Shown here: positions 29,228 to 38,197 of the stretch, in pieces
How positions within the stretch are numbered: the stretch's first letter is position 1
Layout: each line of letters opens with the position of its first letter
DNA from: Bacillus subtilis subsp. subtilis str. 168
GTDB taxonomy: Bacteria > Bacillota > Bacilli > Bacillales > Bacillaceae
DNA: 64,000 bases
Direction: 5' to 3'
NCBI RefSeq assembly: GCF_000009045.1
Contig: NC_000964.3
Span: 1,922,001 to 1,986,000, forward strand
Notes under the pieces: model-generated
Seen by the model: the letters and a program-made list of their open reading frames with translations, nothing else
Told to the model about the DNA's origin: nothing
Database searches by the model: none
Program-made: the position numbers and the translations under genes

Positions 29228-30010
29228 TTATATTCCCTTGTATACGGCCCGTCTTTTTTCTTGAAAGGCCTGAAGCCCTTCTCTCCTGTCTTTTGTCGGG
29301 ATGGTTTGTTCATACGCTTTTTGTTCAATCGCAAGGCCTGTAGCAAGATCTGTCTCCAATCCTTTATTGATTGCAAATTTAGCCTGACGGACAGCGATCG
29401 GTCCGTTGGCAGAAATGGCTGCGGCCAGTTCCTCTGCTTTTGGCATAAGGTCACAAGGAGCCGTGACATGCTCTACAAGGCCGATTTCTTTTGCTTCGTG
29501 TGCGGTCACGCGTCTGCCTGTATAAATGAATTCTTTTGCTTTTCCTCTGCCAATCAGCCGGGGCAGCCTTTGGGTCCCTCCAGCGCCCGGGATAATAGCT
29601 AACCCTGTTTCCGGAAGTCCCAGCACAGCTGCTTCAGTTGCGATTCGAAGGTCGCATGCCAATGCCAATTCTAGTCCGCCGCCTAATGCGCTTCCATTTA
29701 TCGCAGCTATGACCGGCTGCGGCAAGGCATCAAGTAAAGCCGCCGTTCTTTGAATGAGAGATACACTTTCCAGAACCTGATCTTCTTTCAGTTTTATCCG
29801 TTCCTTCAGGTCTGCCCCTGCACAAAACGCTTTTTCACCGGTGCCTGTGAGGATGACGCAACGGATGTTTGAGTTAAATTCAATTTCCTGGATAATCATT
29901 TGCAGGTTTCTAAGCATTTCCGCTGAAAGAGCATTTGCTGCCTGAGGCCTGTTTAAGGTGATCAACGCCATATGTTCATTTTTAACAGTAAAAAGAATAG
30001 AATCTCCCAT
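29228..30010 (-). CDS. yngF: Enoyl-CoA hydratase/methylglutaconyl-CoA hydratase YngF, 260 aa
   Basis: FCAGADLKE, ALGGGLELALACD, LPETGLAIIPGAGGTQRL; SD GGGAGG before ATG 30010. Confidence 0.95.
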   Translation of the reverse strand: MGDSILFTVKNEHMALITLNRPQAANALSAEMLRNLQMIIQEIEFNSNIRCVILTGTGEKAFCAGADLKERIKLKEDQVLESVSLIQRTAALLDALPQPVIAAINGSALGGGLELALACDLRIATEAAVLGLPETGLAIIPGAGGTQRLPRLIGRGKAKEFIYTGRRVTAHEAKEIGLVEHVTAPCDLMPKAEELAAAISANGPIAVRQAKFAINKGLETDLATGLAIEQKAYEQTIPTKDRREGLQAFQEKRRAVYKGI

Positions 30011-30030
30011 TGTATGCGTCCTCCCTTTTA

Positions 30031-30930
30031 TCAAGATGATTTAAACACCTGTAAATTTCTGCTCGGCAGCGGTTTGCCCATTTTTTCTTCAATCCATTTG
30101 GCCGCAGATAGCAGTTTTTCTAGCTTTACATTTGTTTTGATATCCATCTGTTCAAGCATGTACACGATATCCTCAGTTGCGGCGTTTCCTGATGAACCTG
30201 GCGCATATGGGCATCCCCCAAGCCCGCCTGCCGAGCCGTCGAACACCGTGATGCCCATTTGGAGTGCTGTGACCATGTTGGCCAGAGCGGTTCCTCTCGT
30301 ATCATGAAAATGCAGGGCAATTTGATTAGCCGGGAATCGTGCCAAAAGAGCTTCAAGTACAGTTTCCACTTGGGCGGGATTAGCTGCTCCAATCGTATCT
30401 CCAAGCGACAGTTCAGAAATCCCAAATTCAAATAGAGCTTCTGAAAGGCGAATGACTTGTTCAATGGGGACATCTTTTTCGTACGGACAGCCGAAAACAG
30501 TCGAGAGGTAGGCTCTTGTTGTGAGGTTTGCTTTTTGTGCGTCGTTGTTTACTTGTTTGAGTATATGGAGGGATTCAGAAGTGGATTTATTGATGTTTTT
30601 TCTGTTGTGCGTCTCGCTGGCGGACATAAAAACGCAAGCCTCGTTAATGCCTCCTTCAAGTGCATTCTCCAGTCCTCTTTGATTCGGGACAAGTGCCGCG
30701 TACGTTACCCCTTTTTCTCGGTCGATGCCTTTTGCTACATCGATAGCATCTCGAAGCGCCGGAATCCATTTCGGGTGAACGAAGGATGTGATTTCAATAT
30801 ACGACAGCCCTGTCCGGGAAAGCTGGTTGATCCAGGTTATTTTATCCTCTGTTGCGATCCAAACGGGCTCGTTTTGTAAGCCATCACGCGGGCCGACTTC
30901 TTTGATTGTCACTTTTTTAGGATATGGCAT
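30031..30930 (-). CDS. yngG: Hydroxymethylglutaryl-CoA lyase YngG
   Basis: EVGPRDGLQNE, LHFHDTRG, GLGGCPYAPG. Confidence 0.97.
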   Translation of the reverse strand: MPYPKKVTIKEVGPRDGLQNEPVWIATEDKITWINQLSRTGLSYIEITSFVHPKWIPALRDAIDVAKGIDREKGVTYAALVPNQRGLENALEGGINEACVFMSASETHNRKNINKSTSESLHILKQVNNDAQKANLTTRAYLSTVFGCPYEKDVPIEQVIRLSEALFEFGISELSLGDTIGAANPAQVETVLEALLARFPANQIALHFHDTRGTALANMVTALQMGITVFDGSAGGLGGCPYAPGSSGNAATEDIVYMLEQMDIKTNVKLEKLLSAAKWIEEKMGKPLPSRNLQVFKSS

Positions 30931-30944
30931 GGTCTTCCTCCAAA

Positions 30945-31166
30945 TTATTGAGTGGAATTGCTCAGTTCGAGCAGTACGTCTCCTTCATTTACAAAGTCGC
31001 CTTCCTTTTTTTTGACTTCTTTTACGATTCCGCTTCTATCTGCAACGATCGGGATTTCCATTTTCATCGATTCCAAAATGGCTACCTCCTGGCCCTTTTC
31101 GATTTGGTCGCCGGCTTTGACGTGGACTTTCCACAGGTTTCCTGCCATTTGTATGCTAACCGTCAT
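30945..31166 (-). CDS. yngHB: Biotin carboxyl carrier protein YngHB
   Basis: 73 aa; LESMKMEIP biotinylation motif. Confidence 0.96.
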   Translation of the reverse strand: MTVSIQMAGNLWKVHVKAGDQIEKGQEVAILESMKMEIPIVADRSGIVKEVKKKEGDFVNEGDVLLELSNSTQ

Positions 31167-31180
31167 GACAACTGCCTCCT

Positions 31181-32515
31181 TTATAGGTGCTGTTTCAAAA
31201 AGTCAGTCGTGACATCCCCTTCTTTAAATGCCTTTGTTGCCGCAGCCTGTATGAGGAGCGGAAGGTTTGTTTTGATTCCCTCTACACGATAGTCGCGAAG
31301 CGCTGTCTCTAGTTTTTCAATTGCTTCTGTTCTGGTTTGGCCTTTGACAATCATCTTAGCGATCATCGGGTCATAAAAAGGGGTAACGGTGCTGTCTTTT
31401 GCTACCGCACATTCGTGTCTGACTCCTTTTTGGTCAGGAAGTGAAAACGCAGTGATCGTACCTGGTGACGGGAAGAAGGTCTTGGGATCTTCCGCGTATA
31501 TTCGAACCTCTATCGCATGCCCGTTCCGTTGGATGTCTTTTTGGGAGAATGTGAGTGTATGGCCCGCAGCAATCCGCAGCTGCTGCTCAACTAAGTCCAG
31601 GCCTGTTATTTCTTCAGTCACGGGGTGTTCAACTTGCAGTCTCGTATTCATTTCGAGGAAATAAAAATTTTGTTTCTGGTCAACTATAAATTCGATGGTG
31701 CCTGCGTTCGTATAGCCGATTGCCTTCGCTGCTTTTACCGCTGTTTGACCGATCTTCATTCTTAGTTCATCGTCTACAAATGGAGACGGTGCTTCTTCAA
31801 TGACTTTTTGGTGGCGCCTCTGAACAGAGCAATCACGTTCAAACAGATGTACTGTATGGCCGTGTTGATCGGCCAAAAGCTGAACCTCGATGTGGCGCGC
31901 ATGTTCAATAACTTTTTCTATATACATAGACCCGTCACCGAAAAAATCTGCTGCGCGCTTTTTGTTTCCCTCGTACGCTTTTTTTAATGCTTCTTCATTT
32001 TCAACACGCTGCATTCCGATGCCGCCTCCGCCCGCTGAAGCTTTCAGCATGACAGGATAGCCGATTTGACTTGCGGTGCGGCAGGCTGCCTCTATATCTC
32101 CGAGGGATTCAGAAACGCCCGGCACCACAGGGACACCTGCAGCCTCCATTGCTTTTCGCGCTTCAATTTTGCTGCCCATCTTTGCGATGATATCAGGGGA
32201 AGGTCCGATAAACACGATGTTTTCTTGCTTGCAGCGTTCAGCGAACCGGCTGTTTTCTGATAACAATCCATATCCCGGGTGGATCGCGTCGGCTTTTGCT
32301 TTTTTCGCCGTCTTTATGATTCTCTCTATATTTAAATAACTTTCACTGACTCTCGATTCCCCGATCAAATATGCCTCTGTAGCGGCTTTTGTATGGGGCG
32401 CGTCCTTGTCTGCTTCTGAATAAACAGCGACCGTTTTAATGCCGAGACGGCTGCATGTTCGGATAATTCTCATTGCAATTTCACCGCGGTTGGCGATCAG
32501 TACTTTTGTAAACAT
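31181..32515 (-). CDS. yngHA: Biotin carboxylase YngHA
   Basis: KVLIANRGEIA, HPGYGLLSEN, KASAGGGGIGM, ERDCSVQRRHQK, EMNTRLQVEHP. Confidence 0.97.
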   Translation of the reverse strand: MFTKVLIANRGEIAMRIIRTCSRLGIKTVAVYSEADKDAPHTKAATEAYLIGESRVSESYLNIERIIKTAKKAKADAIHPGYGLLSENSRFAERCKQENIVFIGPSPDIIAKMGSKIEARKAMEAAGVPVVPGVSESLGDIEAACRTASQIGYPVMLKASAGGGGIGMQRVENEEALKKAYEGNKKRAADFFGDGSMYIEKVIEHARHIEVQLLADQHGHTVHLFERDCSVQRRHQKVIEEAPSPFVDDELRMKIGQTAVKAAKAIGYTNAGTIEFIVDQKQNFYFLEMNTRLQVEHPVTEEITGLDLVEQQLRIAAGHTLTFSQKDIQRNGHAIEVRIYAEDPKTFFPSPGTITAFSLPDQKGVRHECAVAKDSTVTPFYDPMIAKMIVKGQTRTEAIEKLETALRDYRVEGIKTNLPLLIQAAATKAFKEGDVTTDFLKQHL

Positions 32516-32524
32516 GATTTCACC

Positions 32525-34174
32525 TCATTGACTTGATGATAAGTTGAACATTTCAATCGTTTTTTCTCGCAGTTTATATTTTTGAATTTTGCCTGAGGCC
32601 GTCATCGGATAGTCATCCGTAAAAATAACATAACGCGGAATTTTGTGGCGGGCGATTTTCCCTTTGCAATAGGCTTTAAGCTCATCAGGTGAAACGCTTT
32701 TACCGTCTTTCAGTTTAATCCAGGCTGCAGCTTCCTCCCCGAATTTGGCGTCAGGCACACCAACCACCTGTACATCTAAAACAGCGGGATGCTGGTATAA
32801 AAATTCTTCAATTTCCCGCGGATAAATGTTCTCGCCGCCTCTGATGAGCATATCTTTTAATCTTCCGGTGATGCGGCAGTACCCGTCTTCATCCATGACA
32901 GCAAGATCTCCGGTAAACAGCCATCCGTCATGATTGATTGCTTTTCTGGTCGCATCTTTGTCTTTATAATAGCCTTTCATGACGTGATAGCCACGGGTGC
33001 ACAGTTCTCCCTGCATGCCTCTTTGAACTTCTTGACATGTCCCGGGTTCTACAATTTTCACCTCAGTATGTGGCAGGGCACGGCCGGTTGTTTCGACTCT
33101 TCTTATGAAGGAATCATTTGCTCTCGTTTGTGTAATGACTGGCGAGGCTTCGGTTTGTCCATAGGCGATCGTAATGTCTTTCATGCCCATCCTTTCAATC
33201 ACAGCTTTCATCACTTCACTTGGACAGGGAGAGCCGGCCATGATTCCTGTTCGGAGCGTCGATAGATCATATGCATCAAAATCCGGATGATGCAGCTCGG
33301 CGATAAACATGGTAGGCACACCATGGAGCACTGTGCATTTCTCTTTTTCTACCGTTTTAAGGACGGTAACGGGATCAAATTCTTGCACGGGTATCATGGC
33401 TGCCCCGACGGATACACATGCCAAAACCCCAAGGACGCATCCAAAGCAGTGAAAAAACGGAACAGGGATGCACATGCGGTCTTGAGAGGTTAAAGCCATA
33501 CATTCAGCGATATTAGCAGCGTTATTGATGACATTGAAATGGGTCAGCATCACGCCTTTTGGAAACCCTGTCGTTCCTGATGTGTATTGCATATTAATCA
33601 CATTGTCTTTATCCAGGCTGTTCATTCTCTCTTCAAGCTCAGCATCTGTCACTGTTTTCGCCAATATCTCTGTATCGTCCCAATGATACATGCCAGACAA
33701 TCGTTTATTGCCAATATAGATCAGCGTTTTTAAAAAGGGATAGCGTTCAGATTTCAGTTGGCCGGGCTTTGCTTCTTGCAGTTCTGGAATTAAACTGTTC
33801 ACGATGTCTGGATAAGAAGTGCCCCTGTATGAATCCATGATAATAAGCGCCGCGGCATCCGATTGCTTTAACAAGTAATCAAGCTCATGTGCTTGATAAT
33901 TGGTATTGACGGTCACGAGCACGGCTCCGATCTTCGCAGTTGCGAACTGGACGGCAAGCCATTCAGAGATATTAGAAGCCCATATGGCGACGTGGTCTCC
34001 TTTTCCAATCCCCATCCGCATGAGACCTTTAGCGGTTTGACGGCACAGACTGTCAAATTGAGCGTACGTATAGCGGATATTTCGGTCTGGATACACAACA
34101 GCATCTCGATCGGGATACGCATCAGCTGTTTGTTCCAGCAGCCTGCCGATTGTGGAATGGATGAGTTCAGCCAT
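32525..34174 (-). CDS. yngI: Acyl-CoA synthetase (AMP-binding) YngI
   Basis: QYTSGTTGFPKG, YGQTEASP, FTGDLA, GRLKDMLIRGGENIYP. Confidence 0.96.
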   Translation of the reverse strand: MAELIHSTIGRLLEQTADAYPDRDAVVYPDRNIRYTYAQFDSLCRQTAKGLMRMGIGKGDHVAIWASNISEWLAVQFATAKIGAVLVTVNTNYQAHELDYLLKQSDAAALIIMDSYRGTSYPDIVNSLIPELQEAKPGQLKSERYPFLKTLIYIGNKRLSGMYHWDDTEILAKTVTDAELEERMNSLDKDNVINMQYTSGTTGFPKGVMLTHFNVINNAANIAECMALTSQDRMCIPVPFFHCFGCVLGVLACVSVGAAMIPVQEFDPVTVLKTVEKEKCTVLHGVPTMFIAELHHPDFDAYDLSTLRTGIMAGSPCPSEVMKAVIERMGMKDITIAYGQTEASPVITQTRANDSFIRRVETTGRALPHTEVKIVEPGTCQEVQRGMQGELCTRGYHVMKGYYKDKDATRKAINHDGWLFTGDLAVMDEDGYCRITGRLKDMLIRGGENIYPREIEEFLYQHPAVLDVQVVGVPDAKFGEEAAAWIKLKDGKSVSPDELKAYCKGKIARHKIPRYVIFTDDYPMTASGKIQKYKLREKTIEMFNLSSSQ

Positions 34175-34200
34175 TCATTGTTCCTCCTTTCTTAATGATA

Positions 34201-34214
34201 GGAAAGCGTTTACA
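34201..34214. promoter_or_regulatory. cre (CcpA) site between yngJ and yngI
   Basis: TGTAAACGCTTTCC on the minus strand, 13/14 match to TGWNANCGNTNWCA. Confidence 0.7.
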
Positions 34215-34217
34215 TTT

Positions 34218-35360
34218 TTATTTTAAAAGCTGTCTGGCGATCACGAGACGCTGAATTTCAGATGTGCCTTCACCGATTTCCATTAATTTTGCGTCCCGCA
34301 GCATCCGTTCCACCCCATACTCTTTCATATAGCCTGAACCTCCATGGATTTGAATGGCTTGATTGCAAGCTCTTGTCGCCATTTCAGATGCGAATAGCTT
34401 GGCGTACGCCGCTTCTTTGGTGAACGGGCGGTTATGATCTTTCAGCCAGGCGGCTTTTAACACCATTTGCCGTGCCAGATCAATTTCCATCGCCATGTCA
34501 GCAAGCTTAAATTGAATCGCTTGAAAGGAAGAAATCGGCTGTCCAAACTGCTTTCGCTCTTTCGCATATGCCAATGATGCGTCAAGGGCCGCTTGGGCAA
34601 TGCCGACTGCAAGAGCAGCGATGGAGATTCGACCACCATCCAGCGTATATAGAAACTGTTTAAACCCTTTTGTTGGATCGCCAAGTAAGTTGGCCGCAGG
34701 CACTCTTACATCTTCAAGCAAGATTTCCGCTGTATTCGAACCGCGGACGCCCATTTTATCGTACGGGCTCGTAATCGTAAGTCCTGGTGTGTCAGTTGGC
34801 ACGATTAATGCGGAGATGATGTTTTTTCCGTCTTTGTTTTTGCCTGTTACGGCGGTTACAATAACTGTGCGTGCGTAGCTTGCATTAGTGATCCAGCACT
34901 TTTCGCCGTTGATTACATACTCGTCACCATTTGAAATCGCTTTTGTTTGAGTGCCTCCTGCATCTGAGCCGGCATTTGGCTCCGTCAGGCCGAATGATCC
35001 GAGTGCTGTGCCTGAAGCCAGCGGCGTCAAATGCGTCTGTTTTTGCTCTTCTGTTCCGAAGTAGTAAAGAGGGCTTGCGCCTAGCGAGACCGCTGCAGCA
35101 TAGCTTAATCCAGTACTGCCGCAGGCTTTGCCGACTTCTTCAACCGCTAAGGCATATGAAATCGTATCACCGCCAGATCCGCCGTATTCTTCTGGAAATG
35201 GAATACCCATCAGACCGAGTTCACCCATTTTTTTAAATGTTTGCATCGGGAACTCGCCTGTTTGATCTACATGTTCAGCGTGAGGAGCAATTTCTTTTTT
35301 CGCAAAATCTTTTACCATTTCACGCACCATTTGTTGTTCTTTTGTCAGCTCAAAATTCAC
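34218..35360 (-). CDS. yngJ: Acyl-CoA dehydrogenase (isovaleryl-CoA type) YngJ, 380 aa, GTG start
   Basis: LTEPNAGSDA, NGEKCWITN, GRISIAALAVG, IHGGSGY, EIGEGTSEIQR; SD AAGGAGG before GTG 35360. Confidence 0.96.
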   Translation of the reverse strand: MNFELTKEQQMVREMVKDFAKKEIAPHAEHVDQTGEFPMQTFKKMGELGLMGIPFPEEYGGSGGDTISYALAVEEVGKACGSTGLSYAAAVSLGASPLYYFGTEEQKQTHLTPLASGTALGSFGLTEPNAGSDAGGTQTKAISNGDEYVINGEKCWITNASYARTVIVTAVTGKNKDGKNIISALIVPTDTPGLTITSPYDKMGVRGSNTAEILLEDVRVPAANLLGDPTKGFKQFLYTLDGGRISIAALAVGIAQAALDASLAYAKERKQFGQPISSFQAIQFKLADMAMEIDLARQMVLKAAWLKDHNRPFTKEAAYAKLFASEMATRACNQAIQIHGGSGYMKEYGVERMLRDAKLMEIGEGTSEIQRLVIARQLLK

Positions 35361-35450
35361 ATCGTTTCCTCCTTCACATCTTTGTAACATCCTATTAGGC
35401 GAGTTCTATAATCATTCCCTGACAAGAAAAGTCTGAAAATTAAAACTGAA

Positions 35451-35774
35451 TCATTTTTTATGTGATAATATCAGCGGGATGAGCAAATACATGCAGTAGG
35501 CGCATACCATCCATATCGTAAACGCAATAACTTGGCCCTTTGATAAAGCCGGGAAGATGAGGGGAAGATTCCAAAGGGAAATCGTATCCATCAATAAACC
35601 GACCGCTGATCCCCATATACCTAGCTTGATCACCGCGAACTGTGATTGATCGAGTTTTTGATAGAGAAAGAACACAAGGCATAAAACAAGAGCAGTGCCC
35701 GCTCCCAAGAGAAGAAAGTTCGGCAAAAAGGCTTCTTCAGCCGGATCAGTCAACACAGCATCTCCGAACAGCAC
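35451..35774 (-). CDS. ynzE: YnzE membrane protein, probably 5'-truncated (frame open without a start codon to 35858)
   Basis: Hydrophobic three-TM region; no SD before GTG 35774; upstream in-frame sequence continues as FSFLVWLGATLFF. Confidence 0.65.
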   Translation of the reverse strand: MLFGDAVLTDPAEEAFLPNFLLLGAGTALVLCLVFFLYQKLDQSQFAVIKLGIWGSAVGLLMDTISLWNLPLIFPALSKGQVIAFTIWMVCAYCMYLLIPLILSHKK

Positions 35775-35919
35775 AAAAAATAATGTGGCACCTAACCAGA
35801 CTAGAAATGAAAACGTAAAACACGTCCTGTACGTGTTTCTCTTCGATTTTATTTTTATTTAGTACTAGTTTCTCAGATTCCAATAATGGTAAATGTCCAA
35901 ACACCGCCTCCATATTCAT
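35746..35919 (-). pseudogene. 5' fragment of a RimJ/RimL-type GNAT acetyltransferase, running out of frame into ynzE (57 codons)
   Basis: MNMEAVFGHLPLLESEKLVLNKNKIEEKHVQDVF resembles the FPxLETxRLxLRxIxxxDxxxxF N-terminus of RimJ-like GNATs; SD AAAGGTGA. Confidence 0.6.
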
Positions 35920-35988
35920 GTGAATCTCACCTTTGTTTTTTAAAAAATTCAGCGGTTTACCATCGTTTCCTGTCCCAAAATCACTTTT

Positions 35989-36017
35989 TAAAAAAAGACG
36001 ACTTAGAAAGCCGTCCT
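35989..36017 (-). terminator. yngK terminator
   Basis: GGACGGC-tttctaa-GTCGTCT followed by TTTTTT on the minus strand. Confidence 0.8.
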
Positions 36018-36026
36018 TCTCATTTC

Positions 36027-37559
36027 TTATTTTGTTGTTCGTTTGGAAGCTTTGCTTTCGTTATGAAGCCGGTCTGCTGAAGTGACATAATACGTATATT
36101 TCTTGTTGGGATCTGCCGTGTTATCTAAGAAGGTTTGCTGCTCATGTGTTTTTCTTTGCGTTGCCAGCAATGTTCTCTGCTTTTTCCCTTCGGCTCTGTA
36201 TATCGCATAATAGGCTGTTTCTTTCGTTTTTTGATTTGATGGGTGATCTTTAATCTGCAGAAGATTGCCGTTTTTGTCTTCGGTGACTTTCGTAAGCTTC
36301 GGTTTTTTTGGGGCGGTATTGTCAAGCCAAGGCATTTGCGGAACCAGTGCCGGCTTGCTGTAAAGATCGGTGCTGAGACTGTCTTTGATGCCAAGCGGAT
36401 TTTTGTTGAGGTCCTTGAGGCTGAAATGCATGCTTCCTTTCACCAGTTCAAGCTGGCGGTTCAAAGTGATTTGCCGCACATATTCCTCAGGATCGGACCA
36501 AGGCGGATCAAAATTGTTATTGATTTTATATGCTGCCTGGCCAATATATAAGTGAACAGGCCTATTTTTGACTTCATTGCTCCACCAATCAGCCAGCACG
36601 TCGTAAGCCGCTGCGTTAAAGCCGATACTCCAATAAATTTGCGGAGCAATATAATCGATGTCGCCTTCTTGGATCCAATGCCTTGTGTCTGCATATAGAT
36701 CGTCATAATTTCTGACGCCTGCTTTTGTATTCGATCCGGTCGGGTCATCTGCGGCGTTTCTCCATACTCCAAAGGGACTGATGCCGAATTTGACATACGG
36801 TTTTGCAGCTTTAATTGTTTGGTTGATTTGTTTGACAAGCTGGTTCACATTGTCCCGCCGCCAGTCATCGATATTAGAAAAAGCGTCTTTTCCGTATTGT
36901 TCGTACTGTGCTTGATCAGGAAATTCCTGTCCCGCTATTTTATAAGGGTAAAAATAATCATCCATATGAACAGCATCGATATCATAATGTTTTACGACTT
37001 CTTCAATGCCTTTGACGATAAAATCTCTCGCTTCTGGAATGCCTGGATGATAATACAGCTGGTTTCCATAGGCGGCAACCCAATCTGGATGTTTTCTTGC
37101 CGGGTGATCCTCAGACAATTTATTAAGATCTGTATGATTCATTGTAATACGGTAAGGATTAAACCACGCGTGAAATTCCAAATTTCGTTTATGGGTTTCT
37201 TCAATCATAAATGCAAGAGGATCATAGCCGGGGTCCTTCCCTTGGACACCGGTTAAGTATTCCGACCAAGGCCCGTAAGCTGACGGATAAAAGGCATCAG
37301 CCGTCGGTTTAATCTGAACGATAACGGCATTCATTCCCATTTTTTGCACATCGTCCAGCAGTTTGATATACTCCTGTTTTTGCTCTTTCACAGATAACCC
37401 TTTTTTGGACGGCCAATCAATATTTAATACGGAAGCAATCCATACGGCTCTCAGCTCCCTGTCAGACTGCGCATTGGCCATAAACGGAACGGAAATGACA
37501 AACGTTCCGATGATCAAGCTGACAAGGAAACGGACAATCGACTTTTGGCAAACCTTCAT
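36027..37559 (-). CDS. yngK: Secreted glycoside hydrolase-like family 10 (GHL10) protein YngK with a C-terminal FnIII-like domain
   Basis: Signal peptide; ELRAVWIASVLNIDWPS, AWFNPYR, DAVHMDDYFYPY, YIAPQIYW. Confidence 0.92.
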   Translation of the reverse strand: MKVCQKSIVRFLVSLIIGTFVISVPFMANAQSDRELRAVWIASVLNIDWPSKKGLSVKEQKQEYIKLLDDVQKMGMNAVIVQIKPTADAFYPSAYGPWSEYLTGVQGKDPGYDPLAFMIEETHKRNLEFHAWFNPYRITMNHTDLNKLSEDHPARKHPDWVAAYGNQLYYHPGIPEARDFIVKGIEEVVKHYDIDAVHMDDYFYPYKIAGQEFPDQAQYEQYGKDAFSNIDDWRRDNVNQLVKQINQTIKAAKPYVKFGISPFGVWRNAADDPTGSNTKAGVRNYDDLYADTRHWIQEGDIDYIAPQIYWSIGFNAAAYDVLADWWSNEVKNRPVHLYIGQAAYKINNNFDPPWSDPEEYVRQITLNRQLELVKGSMHFSLKDLNKNPLGIKDSLSTDLYSKPALVPQMPWLDNTAPKKPKLTKVTEDKNGNLLQIKDHPSNQKTKETAYYAIYRAEGKKQRTLLATQRKTHEQQTFLDNTADPNKKYTYYVTSADRLHNESKASKRTTK

Positions 37560-37694
37560 TCTGTTTCTTCTCCCCCATTACATCACTTTCACTATTCGCT
37601 ATTACGGTATTCCCGGGCTATAAAAGGGTGATTAACAGAATGTCTATCTCACTAAATAAACGAAAAAAGTCCTAAAGCATGTTGTGAACCGCTT

Positions 37695-38087
37695 TTAGGA
37701 CTTTTTATCATTCATCATGGTTTGCAGACTTTTTAACACATCAATAAGTTTTACGCCGACACCGACAGCCGTTTCAAGGATCGCTTGTGCTCCGGCAATG
37801 GCTAAAATAAAGATCAGCGGTATTGCAATACGAGGCAAAAAAAGATAGCCAAGTCCGATCAAGATGGCACACCAAACACCGGCACACCAGTAGCAATTGA
37901 GCATGTATCCAAAGTTAGAAGCCGGCACGCTTTTTTCATCTACATGCCCGTTTTGATCAACAATCCTTTTCTTTTTCATAAAAGGTTTTCGGATAAATTC
38001 TGTGATTTTGTCAAATACAATCAAATGTGTCAGCCTGTAACTGGCTAGAATCAGCATGATAAAAGTTAGAAAAGAAAGACGGTCCAT
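37695..38087 (-). CDS. yngL: Membrane protein YngL (DUF1360-like)
   Basis: YRLTHLIVFDKITEFIR, LNCYWCAGVW; SD GGAGG. Confidence 0.88.
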   Translation of the reverse strand: MDRLSFLTFIMLILASYRLTHLIVFDKITEFIRKPFMKKKRIVDQNGHVDEKSVPASNFGYMLNCYWCAGVWCAILIGLGYLFLPRIAIPLIFILAIAGAQAILETAVGVGVKLIDVLKSLQTMMNDKKS

Positions 38088-38152
38088 TGAGAAGCCTCCA
38101 AGAAAAAGGATGATGTTATCATTCCCAAGTGTCCCTTATCCATTCTTGATAC

Positions 38153-38188
38153 AAAAAGAAAGACGGACAGAGAATGGCCTCTGTCCGC
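38153..38188 (-). terminator. pps operon terminator
   Basis: CGGACAGAG-6-CTCTGTCCG stem followed by TCTTTCTTTTT on the minus strand. Confidence 0.85.
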
Positions 38189-38197
38189 TAATCCGCT

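Noticed and set aside
29218-29469. 84-codon upstream extension of yngE in the ORF track (595 aa)
   Set aside because: It overlaps the yngF 3' end in another frame; a strong SD precedes ATG 29217
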